From IMG/VR virus record IMGVR_UViG_3300048837_000371, positions 1 through 47,277 of that record: a DNA stretch of 47,277 nucleotides; one strand, written 5' to 3'. The position numbers and the translations under genes were made by a program. This document shows, one piece after another, positions 16,959-24,736 of the stretch. The notes under the pieces were generated by a model. That model was not told the DNA's origin, searched no databases, and saw nothing but the letters and a program-made list of their open reading frames with translations. The stretch is from a virus. Position 1 is the first letter of the stretch. Each line of letters opens with the position of its first letter.

Positions 16959-18632
16959 TCACGAGTATCTCGGGGTCATGGGTCGGTGATCCTCAACGGT
17001 TTCCAGCCAGGCCGCGGTGAACGGCTTGAGCTGCGGGCGCGTCTCCTCCGACGGCACGTGGGGCGACATCATTACATCAAGCCCGCGGCCTAGCAAGCCG
17101 CACACGTCCGCGGCGTCGTCGTAGCGCCCGGTCGGGAAGGCGCAGAGCTGGTCGACGAGGCGGTTGGCCCACGGGCGGCGGAGGGGGAGGTGGACGAGGC
17201 CCTGCGCGGCATACCACTGGAAGGCGCCGAGTTTGATGGCCTTGTTCTTGATCGAGGTGAGCGGGTCGATCGAGACGAACACGCGCGGATCGTGCTCCGA
17301 CATGGCCTTCTTGATCGACGGGCTCAGGGCGTTGTCGATCGGCCCGCCCTCGTTCCACCACTTGCGCGGCGCCCAGCGGTGCACGAGCGAGGTGAAGGCG
17401 TCGATCGACACGTCGGTGGTTTTCTGGCCGAACCACCAGTCGAGGAAGTACATCGGCGAGACTAAGGTCTTTTTCCCGTCACGGATGACCTCGATGTTCG
17501 CCGGGGCGACGCCCACGACGCCGTGCTCTGTGAAGTCGCCCTTGTCCTCCTTAGTCGCGTAGTCCGAGGCGCCGTACACGGTGATGTTGGTCGGCCGCCC
17601 GCCGGGCGTCCCGGGCGGCACGTCGGGGTCGTACCACTTGAACCATTCGCGCTTGAACTCGATGCCCTCGAGCGCCGACGGCCGCTGCTGGAACAGCGCG
17701 TTCCACGTGCGCACGGCGCGCGGGTTGTGCTCCCACTGCGCCCAATGCTCGCGCGGAAACCACTCCGGCCACAGGTACTCACCCGCCTTGCGGCCGAGCG
17801 GGTCGGTGGCGGCCTGTGCGTCGTCCTCCACCTTCGCGCGCAGGTTGAGCACGGTCCACCACTGGCCGTCGCGGCAGAGGATGCGACCTGAGCTGCCGTC
17901 GTAGTCCTCCGGCAAGATGCGCCCGGCGAGGTCGTCCTCGTGCCAGCGGGTCTGGATCACGATGATCCAGCCGCCCGGCAGGAGTCGGGTGGTCGCCGAG
18001 TCCATGAACTCGTCGTAGACCTTGTTGCGGATCGTCTCGGAGTCGGCCTCCTCGCGACCCTTGATCGGGTCGTCGATCAGCAGTCCGTTCGCGCGGTTGC
18101 CTGTGATGCCGGAGAGGAGGCCGGCAGCCATGAACTCCGAGCCGTTCGCCAAGCCCCACTGATGAACGGCGCGCTGGTCGCTCGCCAGGATCGGGATCGG
18201 GTCCTTGTGCGACCAGATGGAGAGGTGCTCCTTGGAGCGGCACAGCGCGCGGGCCTTGCGCGACTGTTTGTTCGCGATTTCCTGCGCGTAAGAGCCGAGG
18301 ATGATGCGGTACCCGTCGAGCCTCGAGAGGAGGTGCGCCGGGCTCACGACCGAGGTGTAGGACGACTTCGCCGAGCCCGGCGGCGCGAACATCAGCAAGC
18401 GGCCGAACGGCGTGAACACCGTTTTCTCGATGTGCTCGAGGATCAGGCGGTGGTGGAGCGCGAGGCTCGTTTCCACCGACTTGAAGTGCTCCGTCTCCGG
18501 ATCGGCGACAGCCGGAGCACCCGGGATGTTCACGGAGCGCGCGTATTCCACCAATGAGGCTCGCGCCCGCTGTCGCCGTAGCAACTCGAGTGCGGCCGCG
18601 CGCTGTGTGACATCCCCTCCCGTCGTGCTCAC
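16959..18632 (-). CDS. terL: Terminase large subunit
   Basis: 557 aa. P-loop-like FAPPGSAKSS, Walker B GLLIDDP, IVIQTRWHEDDLAGRI, and a C-terminal nuclease half (VYGASDYATKEDKGDFTEHGVVG). Confidence 0.9.
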   Translation of the reverse strand: MSTTGGDVTQRAAALELLRRQRARASLVEYARSVNIPGAPAVADPETEHFKSVETSLALHHRLILEHIEKTVFTPFGRLLMFAPPGSAKSSYTSVVSPAHLLSRLDGYRIILGSYAQEIANKQSRKARALCRSKEHLSIWSHKDPIPILASDQRAVHQWGLANGSEFMAAGLLSGITGNRANGLLIDDPIKGREEADSETIRNKVYDEFMDSATTRLLPGGWIIVIQTRWHEDDLAGRILPEDYDGSSGRILCRDGQWWTVLNLRAKVEDDAQAATDPLGRKAGEYLWPEWFPREHWAQWEHNPRAVRTWNALFQQRPSALEGIEFKREWFKWYDPDVPPGTPGGRPTNITVYGASDYATKEDKGDFTEHGVVGVAPANIEVIRDGKKTLVSPMYFLDWWFGQKTTDVSIDAFTSLVHRWAPRKWWNEGGPIDNALSPSIKKAMSEHDPRVFVSIDPLTSIKNKAIKLGAFQWYAAQGLVHLPLRRPWANRLVDQLCAFPTGRYDDAADVCGLLGRGLDVMMSPHVPSEETRPQLKPFTAAWLETVEDHRPMTPRYS

Positions 18633-18685
18633 CGCGTATCGCGCCTCGATTACGAACCGTTAAGCAAAAATTGAGCGTGCTGCGC

Positions 18686-19249
18686 TCATTCCCACGGTTC
18701 GGGAGAGTGCCCTATTTGGGGTGGCGGTGCAAATTGGGCGGAGGGGCCCCCCGAAATGGCGGGTCCCTTTTGGGTCCCATCGGGTCCCTTTTTGCGAATC
18801 GCGAGGAGCGGGTTGATCTCAGCGGGCGGGTCCTCCCGCGGCGCGGGTCCGTTTTGGGCCCCCTTCGGCGGCGTTTCACGTGGAACTACAGGCGCCTCCG
18901 CCGTTCGCCCAACGCTTGTGGCCGAGGCGCTCGTCGCTCTACCCGAGTCACTCATCGCTCTACCCGAGTCGGGGGAGCGCTGGTCATCCGTGTCCGATGG
19001 TACCGCACCAGCGCTGGGAGTCTCAGGGTCCCCTTTTCGGGGGGTGCCCCCCGTCCCGCGCGCAATGGCGAGCAGTTCCTGGTCGCTCAGCTCGTGCACC
19101 CCTCCGCGCGCTGCGGCCGTCACCTCTAGCTTGGCCACGACTTCGGCCGCGCGTAAGCGGTCGGCGGGCTTAGCGTCGGGCGCCCCTAGCACGTCGCGCA
19201 CGGCTTGCAGCGCATCGCGCCGTAGTTCGGCCAGTTCCTTAGCATTCAT
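18686..19249 (-). CDS. terS: Putative terminase small subunit
   Basis: 187 aa. First gene of the late arm, directly upstream of terL, with a GGAGG RBS. Helical N-terminal ~60 aa, then a long disordered Pro/Ser/Gly region. Assignment is by position only. Confidence 0.45.
   Translation of the reverse strand: MNAKELAELRRDALQAVRDVLGAPDAKPADRLRAAEVVAKLEVTAAARGGVHELSDQELLAIARGTGGTPRKGDPETPSAGAVPSDTDDQRSPDSGRAMSDSGRATSASATSVGRTAEAPVVPRETPPKGAQNGPAPREDPPAEINPLLAIRKKGPDGTQKGPAISGGPSAQFAPPPQIGHSPEPWE
18931..18972 (-). repeat. In-frame 21-bp tandem duplication (2 copies, 18/21)
   Basis: tcgtcgctctacccgagtcac / tcatcgctctacccgagtcgg; encodes DSGRAMS-DSGRATS in the putative terS. Confidence 0.85.
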
Positions 19250-19491
19250 CGCTTAGCGTGCCTCCTATGGGTGGGTAGCGGCTCGCAGCATACCATCCGA
19301 GCCGCGGAGCGCAATTCGCGCGTCACTGTTGCCCATCGTAACCGTTGAAACCGATGCACAAAAATACAGTTTCGCATCGTAAGCCATTGATGCTGCGAGG
19401 GTTTTTTCCAAACGTGTAACCGTGTTACCGAAAAACCGCGCGGCTCTACCCTACGTATGGCGGGGTATATATAGCTATTTTACAATAATGA

Positions 19492-19511
19492 TACTGTATG
19501 CCTATACAGTA
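19492..19511. promoter_or_regulatory. LexA (SOS) box, CTGT-N8-ACAG type
   Basis: TACTGTATGCCTATACAGTA matches the beta/gamma-proteobacterial consensus TACTGTATATATATACAGTA at 17/20 positions. Perfect 8-bp palindromic arms ATACTGTA/TACAGTAT. Lies in the AT-rich divergent control region. Confidence 0.6.
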
Positions 19512-19526
19512 TCCTCTTCCCCTACC

Positions 19527-19557
19527 ACTATACCAATTAGATAAGATACAGTTACAA
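19527..19557 (-). promoter_or_regulatory. Candidate sigma70 promoter (extended -10) facing the late arm
   Basis: Minus strand: TTGTAA - 19 nt - TATAGT, with TGg immediately 5' of the -10 (TGGTATAGT). The LexA box starts 15 nt downstream of the -10. Confidence 0.3.
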
Positions 19558-19606
19558 AGAATTGATTCCCTAGCGCAATCAGCAACTTGCGACGCGTTAC
19601 CCTTCT

Positions 19607-19630
19607 GTAACCGTAGTGCGGATCGGTTAC
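19607..19630. promoter_or_regulatory. Inverted repeat GTAACCG-N10-CGGTTAC (candidate operator)
   Basis: Perfect 7-bp arms. The same heptamer or a close variant recurs at 19338-19344, 19416-19422 and 19424-19430. Confidence 0.4.
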
Positions 19631-19640
19631 GCAAAAAAGC

Positions 19641-19693
19641 GACAAAATTTGTCACCTTTTCGCCCTTTTCGTCACTTTCTGACAAAAATTGTC
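19641..19693. promoter_or_regulatory. Two near-identical 13-bp palindromes spaced exactly 40 bp apart
   Basis: GACAAAATTTGTC (19641-19653) and GACAAAAATTGTC (19681-19693). A tandem CCTTTTCG CCTTTTCG lies between them (19655-19671). Confidence 0.4.
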
Positions 19694-19730
19694 GGGGTCA
19701 GGTTTTTGCAATTTGTTGTAAATCAATGGG

Positions 19731-19743
19731 TTAGCTGTTGGCA
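19731..19743 (+). promoter_or_regulatory. IHF-like site
   Basis: AATCAATGGGTTA fits WATCAANNNNTTR; it lies immediately upstream of the -24 element. Confidence 0.3.
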
Positions 19744-19748
19744 CGGGT

Positions 19749-19764
19749 CCTGCATTGTATTCAC
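19749..19764 (+). promoter_or_regulatory. Sigma54-type -24/-12 promoter element upstream of the first early gene
   Basis: TGGCACGGGTCCTGCA against consensus TGGCACG-N4-TTGCW: GG and GC are correctly spaced and there is one mismatch. The element ends 31 nt before ATG 19795, which has a GGAGGG RBS. Confidence 0.4.
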
Positions 19765-19794
19765 TGCGGCAATCCCGCCGCGGAGGGCTAACCC

Positions 19795-20166
19795 ATGACC
19801 GTGACTAACTACTCCGAAAAGCTTCGCGCCGCGGTTCGCGCGTTGCTCGCGCGGAATGACGCAAACGGAGACTTTGGCGACCTTGACGGGGACACTGCGC
19901 GCGTCTGCCTGTATCGCGCCACGCTCGCCGAACCCATCATCGAAGCGTATCACGCCATCGCCGAGAACTTGGCAGCGCGCGGATACAGCATGTGCCCGCG
20001 CGATGAGCTGCGCTGCATCGCTGCCGCGCGTACGGCCGACCATTCGGAAGGCGCCGAGTGCGAGGAATGGTTAGATGACATGGTGGCGCGCTGTGCTCTG
20101 CCGCAAGACTTAGCGGACGATTTGCTTGCCGCGATCGCGGATGACTTCCACGTTTTCAATAGGTGA
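19795..20166 (+). CDS. First early protein, strongly acidic
   Basis: 123 aa with a GGAGGG RBS. I count 23 D/E against 12 K/R. No recognisable family. Confidence 0.75.
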   Translation: MTVTNYSEKLRAAVRALLARNDANGDFGDLDGDTARVCLYRATLAEPIIEAYHAIAENLAARGYSMCPRDELRCIAAARTADHSEGAECEEWLDDMVARCALPQDLADDLLAAIADDFHVFNR

Positions 20167-20170
20167 ACGC

Positions 20171-20395
20171 ATGACTCGCAAAGACTACATCCTGATTGCC
20201 GATGCACTGCGCCGCGCACGTATCAGCGTAGCCAATGGCTACCCTGTAGCGTGTACGGATGCGGAGCGTGCGCGCGATGCACAGCGGATCGCGGTCCATC
20301 GCGCGACGTGCCACGCGGTCGCCGATGCACTGGCCACGGATAACCCGCGATTCGACCGTGCGAAGTTCCTTACCGCTACAGGGTGCGCAGCATGA
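20171..20395 (+). CDS. Hypothetical early protein
   Basis: 74 aa from ATG 20171 (AGGTGA RBS), 4 nt after the previous stop. The ORF-track start at 20126 overlaps the previous gene. Confidence 0.6.
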   Translation: MTRKDYILIADALRRARISVANGYPVACTDAERARDAQRIAVHRATCHAVADALATDNPRFDRAKFLTATGCAA

Positions 20396-20550
20396 GCCGC
20401 ACCATCCGAAACACGCCGCGCGCCAAGCGTAGCCGCAAAAACCAGGCGCCAGCCTACCGGCGCCATGTCCCCACAAACGTCACGCGCGCCATGCTGCGCG
20501 CATTGGCGTACGTAAACACCACCACGGATATTCGCAAACATGCGTGCTGA
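20392..20550 (+). CDS. Possible basic 52-aa protein
   Basis: Below the ORF-track size cut-off. ATGA overlap with the previous stop. MSRTIRNTPRAKRSRKNQAPAYRRH... It fills the gap to the next ORF. Confidence 0.35.
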   Translation: MSRTIRNTPRAKRSRKNQAPAYRRHVPTNVTRAMLRALAYVNTTTDIRKHAC

Positions 20551-20770
20551 TATTACTGTCCGCCTCTTGATAGGCGCGAGCGCCTACGCGTGCATCAAGT
20601 CACCTGAGTGCGAGTTAGACGTGCGCCTTGAACCCGGCCGCGGCGCCGCGCAATCGTTGCAGGAAACTGCACGCGAGCATCGCGAACAAGCCGCGCGGCT
20701 CATTGCTCGCGCCGACCTGATGGACTGCGCCGCGGATGTCCTGACGTTCGGCCATGACGGGGAGGGCTAA
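20540..20770 (+). CDS. Hypothetical early protein
   Basis: 76-aa ORF in series with its neighbours. Confidence 0.5.
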   Translation: MRADITVRLLIGASAYACIKSPECELDVRLEPGRGAAQSLQETAREHREQAARLIARADLMDCAADVLTFGHDGEG

Positions 20771-20773
20771 GCA

Positions 20774-21049
20774 ATGACCACAACCAATATGCTGCCGCGA
20801 TGCTTGCGCGCCGGGAGTCTCGCCTATCTAGACACGCTGGCCGGTTTGGTTCCGTGCAAGGTGCTAAGGGTATGGCGCGCGGATGAATACCCGACGATGC
20901 GCGCTGATGTAGTGTTGACTGCGACGCGCGGCGCCTTCCGGAAAGGCGAAAGACTCACCTACGCCGCCAAAGACTGTCCGCCGCGCGATGCGATTCGCAG
21001 GCGCGCGGGAGTTTATCGCGTGCTGCCGTTTACCTGCATCGAGGGTTAA
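20774..21049 (+). CDS. Hypothetical early protein
   Basis: 91 aa; GGGGAGGG RBS. Confidence 0.65.
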   Translation: MTTTNMLPRCLRAGSLAYLDTLAGLVPCKVLRVWRADEYPTMRADVVLTATRGAFRKGERLTYAAKDCPPRDAIRRRAGVYRVLPFTCIEG

Positions 21050-21052
21050 CCC

Positions 21053-21235
21053 ATGCGCGCCTTTCTTTTGTTTCTACTAGTAGCAGGCGCCGCGGTCTAT
21101 GCGGGTCTCATTGGGTATGAGCGCCAGGCGCAAGCATATGCGCTGCAATGTGCCCGCGCGTCGGACGGGACCGATAGCGCGATCGTGGATTGCTTCCACA
21201 GGTACGGATTGGAAACTCCGGAGGATTTGAACTAA
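21053..21235 (+). CDS. Small membrane protein
   Basis: 60 aa; GAGGG RBS; N-terminal TM helix AFLLFLLVAGAAVYAGLIGY. Confidence 0.6.
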   Translation: MRAFLLFLLVAGAAVYAGLIGYERQAQAYALQCARASDGTDSAIVDCFHRYGLETPEDLN

Positions 21236-21552
21236 TGAGCGGTCAACGATTCGTAGCGCGTGAGCGCTTCGCCTTCTCGAATGGCGCGATTGGCTGGCGG
21301 CCCGGCGGTCCGTTCGATTGCTTGGGCCCATATGCCAAAGTGCAGAATTGCCCGATTGATGGCACGACACTACGCCGCACAGCGTACGCAACTGGATATG
21401 CGGATACCTATTTCTCTATCCCCGCGCGCTGCACTGTAGGCGGCCGCACGATCCGCGGCTTTTTCACGGTTGACAGTGACGGCGCCGTGACGTTCTGCCC
21501 CATGAATTCCGAGCGCTCGAAACTGGGAGGGTATTTCAATGCGCAAGACTGA
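21235..21552 (+). CDS. Hypothetical early protein
   Basis: 105 aa from ATG 21235 (TAATG overlap, GGAGGA upstream); Cys-containing. Confidence 0.6.
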   Translation: MSGQRFVARERFAFSNGAIGWRPGGPFDCLGPYAKVQNCPIDGTTLRRTAYATGYADTYFSIPARCTVGGRTIRGFFTVDSDGAVTFCPMNSERSKLGGYFNAQD

Positions 21553-22165
21553 TCCCAAGGCGATCAACTACGGTCCCGAATGGACACCGGACGGCACGCG
21601 CGACCGCTATAGGTGGATCGAAAACGCGAGCCGCGGACTGCGCATCGTCGGCGCCGTGCACGATATTTGCAGGCGCGAACACTGGCGCACGGTCAAGCAT
21701 ATGGGATGGTTCCTGGACCCGTTCGGCGACGGGGAGACGGTCCACGGTGCTGTGTTGCAGATCCCAGCGCGCAACGGCGTGGTGCAATACGTGCCGGCAA
21801 TCGCGGATCCGTACGACCAGGATTGCTATTGCTGCGACTTCCGCAGTGTTACGGATGACCTTCGCGACGCGGTTCGCTGGGCGGACGACATGGCAGAGAG
21901 CTACGCAGAACGCGAACGGGAGTACCAGCTTAACGAATCTGCCAAGCTGCGCGCGGAGGAACTGCGCGAGGAAGCAACCACACTGCGCGCCAAGCATCGC
22001 GCGATCGTGGCGGACATGCGCGCCTTGCGCGAGCTGGCGCCGGATGCGCCTAACGCGTGCAGCGCACTGCGCGCCACACTGCGCAAGATGCGCGCCGACA
22101 TTCGCGACGCCTTGAAAGAGGCTGCGCGGCTCGATGCCGAACCCTGGACACTTCTGGAGGACTGA
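21539..22165 (+). CDS. Hypothetical early protein with C-terminal coiled coil
   Basis: 208 aa; GGGAGGG RBS; the C-terminal 80 aa are a heptad-like charged helix (EREREYQLNESAKLRAEELREEATTLRAKH...). Confidence 0.7.
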   Translation: MRKTDPKAINYGPEWTPDGTRDRYRWIENASRGLRIVGAVHDICRREHWRTVKHMGWFLDPFGDGETVHGAVLQIPARNGVVQYVPAIADPYDQDCYCCDFRSVTDDLRDAVRWADDMAESYAEREREYQLNESAKLRAEELREEATTLRAKHRAIVADMRALRELAPDAPNACSALRATLRKMRADIRDALKEAARLDAEPWTLLED

Positions 22166-22169
22166 GACA

Positions 22170-23057
22170 ATGCGAAAGGTATTCAACAATCGCCAACTCG
22201 CGCACGTATGGGCCCAACAGTCGCAGCCCGAGGGACGCGGTAACAACTTCTTTTTTGACGGGCCCGCGCTCTTTTCCTACGGCAGGCACTTCTGTGTTGC
22301 GCGGTACGTGCAGCCGGAGGACAAGGGCGAACCCGTAGTGCTCATGAATTCGAGCCGCTACAGCAACAGCACCAATCGCCACCAATCGTATGCGCGCGGC
22401 GCCGTGTATGGGCTGCCCGTGCGCGCGTTCAATGTGCCAGACACGGACGCGCACGGCCGCGAGCCGTGGCGCCACGCCGATAATCTGCGCTACTACGCCA
22501 GCACGATCGCCGCGCACGCGCTGCGCGCCGCGCGGTCGCGCGTCCACGTGGAGTCAGAGCTGCGCGCGGCCGAACGCGTTGCCGCAGAAGGCGCACGCTA
22601 CTGCCAGGCGTTCAAGCTGCCGAAGCGACTTTGGCCCAAGGCGCCGGACGTGTCGCCGGAGGCGATGGCCGCAATCCGCGAGCGCGACCGCAAGGCGCGC
22701 GCCGAGCGCGCTAGGGCAAAAGCGGAACTGGACGCCGCGTATCGGGAGGAATGGCGCCGGGGGAAATACCGCACGGCGCCGGACGGCGGCCCCACCATGC
22801 TGCGCGTGTCGCGCGACGGGATGCGCGTAGAGACTTCGCGCGGCGCTGAGGTGCCGGTCGAGGACGCGCGGCGCATCTTGCGCTTGTGGCGCGACCGCGG
22901 CGACACGAGCCGTGAATGGCCGCACGGTGAAGGGCCGCGTGTCGGCCAGTTCACGCTGCGCGAGGTGCGCGCCGACGGTGCGCTCATTATTGGCTGCCAC
23001 GTGTTCGAGCCCGAGGAGCTGGCGCGCATGGCCGACACGCTGGGGGTGACGGAATGA
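22170..23057 (+). CDS. Hypothetical early protein
   Basis: 295 aa from ATG 22170 (GGAGGA RBS): MRKVFNNRQLAHVWAQQSQ...FSYGRHF. Central Arg/Ala-rich helix. No family recognised. Confidence 0.7.
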   Translation: MRKVFNNRQLAHVWAQQSQPEGRGNNFFFDGPALFSYGRHFCVARYVQPEDKGEPVVLMNSSRYSNSTNRHQSYARGAVYGLPVRAFNVPDTDAHGREPWRHADNLRYYASTIAAHALRAARSRVHVESELRAAERVAAEGARYCQAFKLPKRLWPKAPDVSPEAMAAIRERDRKARAERARAKAELDAAYREEWRRGKYRTAPDGGPTMLRVSRDGMRVETSRGAEVPVEDARRILRLWRDRGDTSREWPHGEGPRVGQFTLREVRADGALIIGCHVFEPEELARMADTLGVTE

Positions 23058-23236
23058 CAGCCTATCTCGTCACCTGGAACATTGACATACAGGCCGACTC
23101 TGCCGAGGAAGCCGCGCGCATCGCCTTGGACATTCAGCGCGATCCGGAGAGCATCGCTACCGTGTTTTACGTGCGCGAGCACGGCGCGCAGCGGCCGACG
23201 TTTCTTATAGACCTGTGCGCGGGGGGTGAGGCGTGA
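23054..23236 (+). CDS. Hypothetical early protein
   Basis: 60 aa; ATGA overlap with the previous stop; GGGGGTGA RBS. Confidence 0.55.
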   Translation: MTAYLVTWNIDIQADSAEEAARIALDIQRDPESIATVFYVREHGAQRPTFLIDLCAGGEA

Positions 23237-23595
23237 GCCGCTATCGATGGGTCCGAATCACCGGCACTTACCCATGCCCGGACGGTCGGCGGCGCGCAGT
23301 GTATGCGCGCTGGCACGCGCACCGCTGGGCGGTCGCGCCCGACATGCAGGGCCGCGCGGTCTATGCCGTCACGATGCGCAATAGGCGCCTGACCGGAGAG
23401 CTACGCGCGGGGCGATTCGTGCCGCACGATACGCCGGCCGCGCGGCGCGTTGCGCTCGAGTGCGTGGCGCCGCTGATGCTGGCCGCGCTAGAAAGATGCG
23501 CGGAGCTTGACGTGCTACGCGCGGACCCCAGGTACCGGGGGACCATCGTGGCCGAGCTAGATGCATGCATTGCAGCCGCAAAGGGCCAAGCGTGA
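23233..23595 (+). CDS. Hypothetical early protein
   Basis: 120 aa; GTG start in a GTGA overlap; GGGGGTGAGG RBS. Confidence 0.6.
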   Translation: MSRYRWVRITGTYPCPDGRRRAVYARWHAHRWAVAPDMQGRAVYAVTMRNRRLTGELRAGRFVPHDTPAARRVALECVAPLMLAALERCAELDVLRADPRYRGTIVAELDACIAAAKGQA

Positions 23596-23789
23596 CGCGC
23601 GAGGAGGCAATGCAGGCGGCGCGCGAGCTGGGACATGAGCCGCGAATAGCGGAACCAGAGTTCCTGAATCGCGGTGCGCTGGAGTGTTGCCGGCCGGGGT
23701 GTAACATGGGGGCTTCCTACGCTCCAGACCATGCCAGCGGCGCGGCGCTGAATTTCGACTGTCCTGGGAGGGATCATGTCCAATCGTGA
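23592..23789 (+). CDS. Hypothetical Cys-containing protein
   Basis: 65 aa from GTG 23592 (GTGA overlap); the ORF-track start at 23565 overlaps the previous gene. Confidence 0.45.
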   Translation: MTREEAMQAARELGHEPRIAEPEFLNRGALECCRPGCNMGASYAPDHASGAALNFDCPGRDHVQS

Positions 23790-23997
23790 GAAATTGCTGA
23801 TACTGGCGTCGCTTCTCGAACTGGAGGCGGACTTTCTGGAAATGGGCTGCGCCGCCAACCCGGTGACGCTGCGCTCATACTCGCGCGAGCTGGAGCGGAT
23901 CGCGGCGCGCGACGCGTGGGCGCCGTTCGCGTTCGCCATGCTCATATTCACGGTCGGGGTATGCGGGGGGCTGCTATGGCACGCCTACGTACTGTGA
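23776..23997 (+). CDS. Small protein with C-terminal TM helix
   Basis: 73 aa; GGGAGGG RBS; FAFAMLIFTVGVCGGLLWHAYV. Confidence 0.6.
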   Translation: MSNREKLLILASLLELEADFLEMGCAANPVTLRSYSRELERIAARDAWAPFAFAMLIFTVGVCGGLLWHAYVL

Positions 23998-24131
23998 AGC
24001 GCCGCACGGCGCGCAATCGCCGGCATAAGTGCACGTGCAGCGGTTGGTGGTTCCCGCACCGCGCGGGCTCGCGCAGCCTCTCGAGCAAGTGGCCGGGGTG
24101 CCTGTGCGAGAGCAAGAGGGCTGCGTGGTGA
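23976..24131 (+). CDS. Possible basic Cys-rich 51-aa protein
   Basis: MARLRTVKRRTARNRRHKCTCSGWWFPHRAGS...WPGCLC. This is an internal ATG of ORF-track entry 23916..24131. Confidence 0.4.
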   Translation: MARLRTVKRRTARNRRHKCTCSGWWFPHRAGSRSLSSKWPGCLCESKRAAW

Positions 24132-24229
24132 CGGTGCTGCTAGGGATCGCGGGCGCCGCGCTCGCCGTCATCCTCGCGCGTAACTTTTTCGTGCTGTGGG
24201 ACTACTTCATGGGAGGGGGTAGGCGATGA
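24128..24229 (+). CDS. Possible 33-aa TM peptide
   Basis: GTG in a GTGA overlap: VTVLLGIAGAALAVILARNFFVLW. Very short, so low confidence. Confidence 0.25.
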   Translation: MTVLLGIAGAALAVILARNFFVLWDYFMGGGRR

Positions 24230-24468
24230 CGTTGGATACCGTTTGGTTCGCGAAACTGCCCGCCGATAAAGGGCCGGGAGTCATCTACGCACGGCCGGCC
24301 AGCAACGCGCGGGCCGCCTGGAATCTGGCGTGCATCCGATACTACGGCGCGAGAAACATTATGCGCGTGGAGCCCGAGGAGCGCGAGGCGCTATTGGCAC
24401 GGTGGAAACGCTCGTTGCACAAGGCCGGCTATCGCGCCGTGCGCTGCCGTATCGAGGTGGCGAAATGA
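24226..24468 (+). CDS. Hypothetical early protein
   Basis: 80 aa; ATGA overlap; GGGAGGGGG RBS. Confidence 0.6.
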   Translation: MTLDTVWFAKLPADKGPGVIYARPASNARAAWNLACIRYYGARNIMRVEPEEREALLARWKRSLHKAGYRAVRCRIEVAK

Positions 24469-24632
24469 CACTCGACGACGTGAGACAACTGGCAGAACGG
24501 TTACAAGCGGCCGGCGCGAGCACGGTTGCCTTGCCGATCGCCGAGCTACTGGCCGCGATCAAAGCCGAGCGCGAACTGCACGCGCGCCAGTTGAACAAGC
24601 TGGCCGAGGCAGCCGGGGGCGGCTCGCGATGA
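24465..24632 (+). CDS. Hypothetical helical protein
   Basis: 55 aa from ATG 24465 (ATGA overlap, GAGGTGG RBS). Confidence 0.5.
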   Translation: MTLDDVRQLAERLQAAGASTVALPIAELLAAIKAERELHARQLNKLAEAAGGGSR

Positions 24633-24649
24633 TGTTACATATCCCGCTG

Positions 24650-24674
24650 CGCGCGAGGCTCAACCCCTCGCGCG
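24650..24674 (+). promoter_or_regulatory. GC hairpin at the end of the small-ORF early block
   Basis: cgcgcgagg-ctcaacc-cctcgcgcg (9-bp stem, 7-nt loop), 18 nt after the stop at 24632. No U tract follows. Confidence 0.3.
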
Positions 24675-24736
24675 AGATGCCGCGCCCTGAATTTCGTCCG
24701 GCCGGCGGCTTCCTCTGCGATCAGCCGCAACCGAAG

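Noticed and set aside
19446-19734. ORFs 19446..19685 (-) and 19498..19734 (+) inside the AT-rich control region.
   Set aside because: No RBS is visible, their composition is unlike every other gene, and they are built from the palindromes, the LexA box and the promoter-like elements. The region is more economically explained as regulatory DNA. A small acquired gene cannot be fully excluded.
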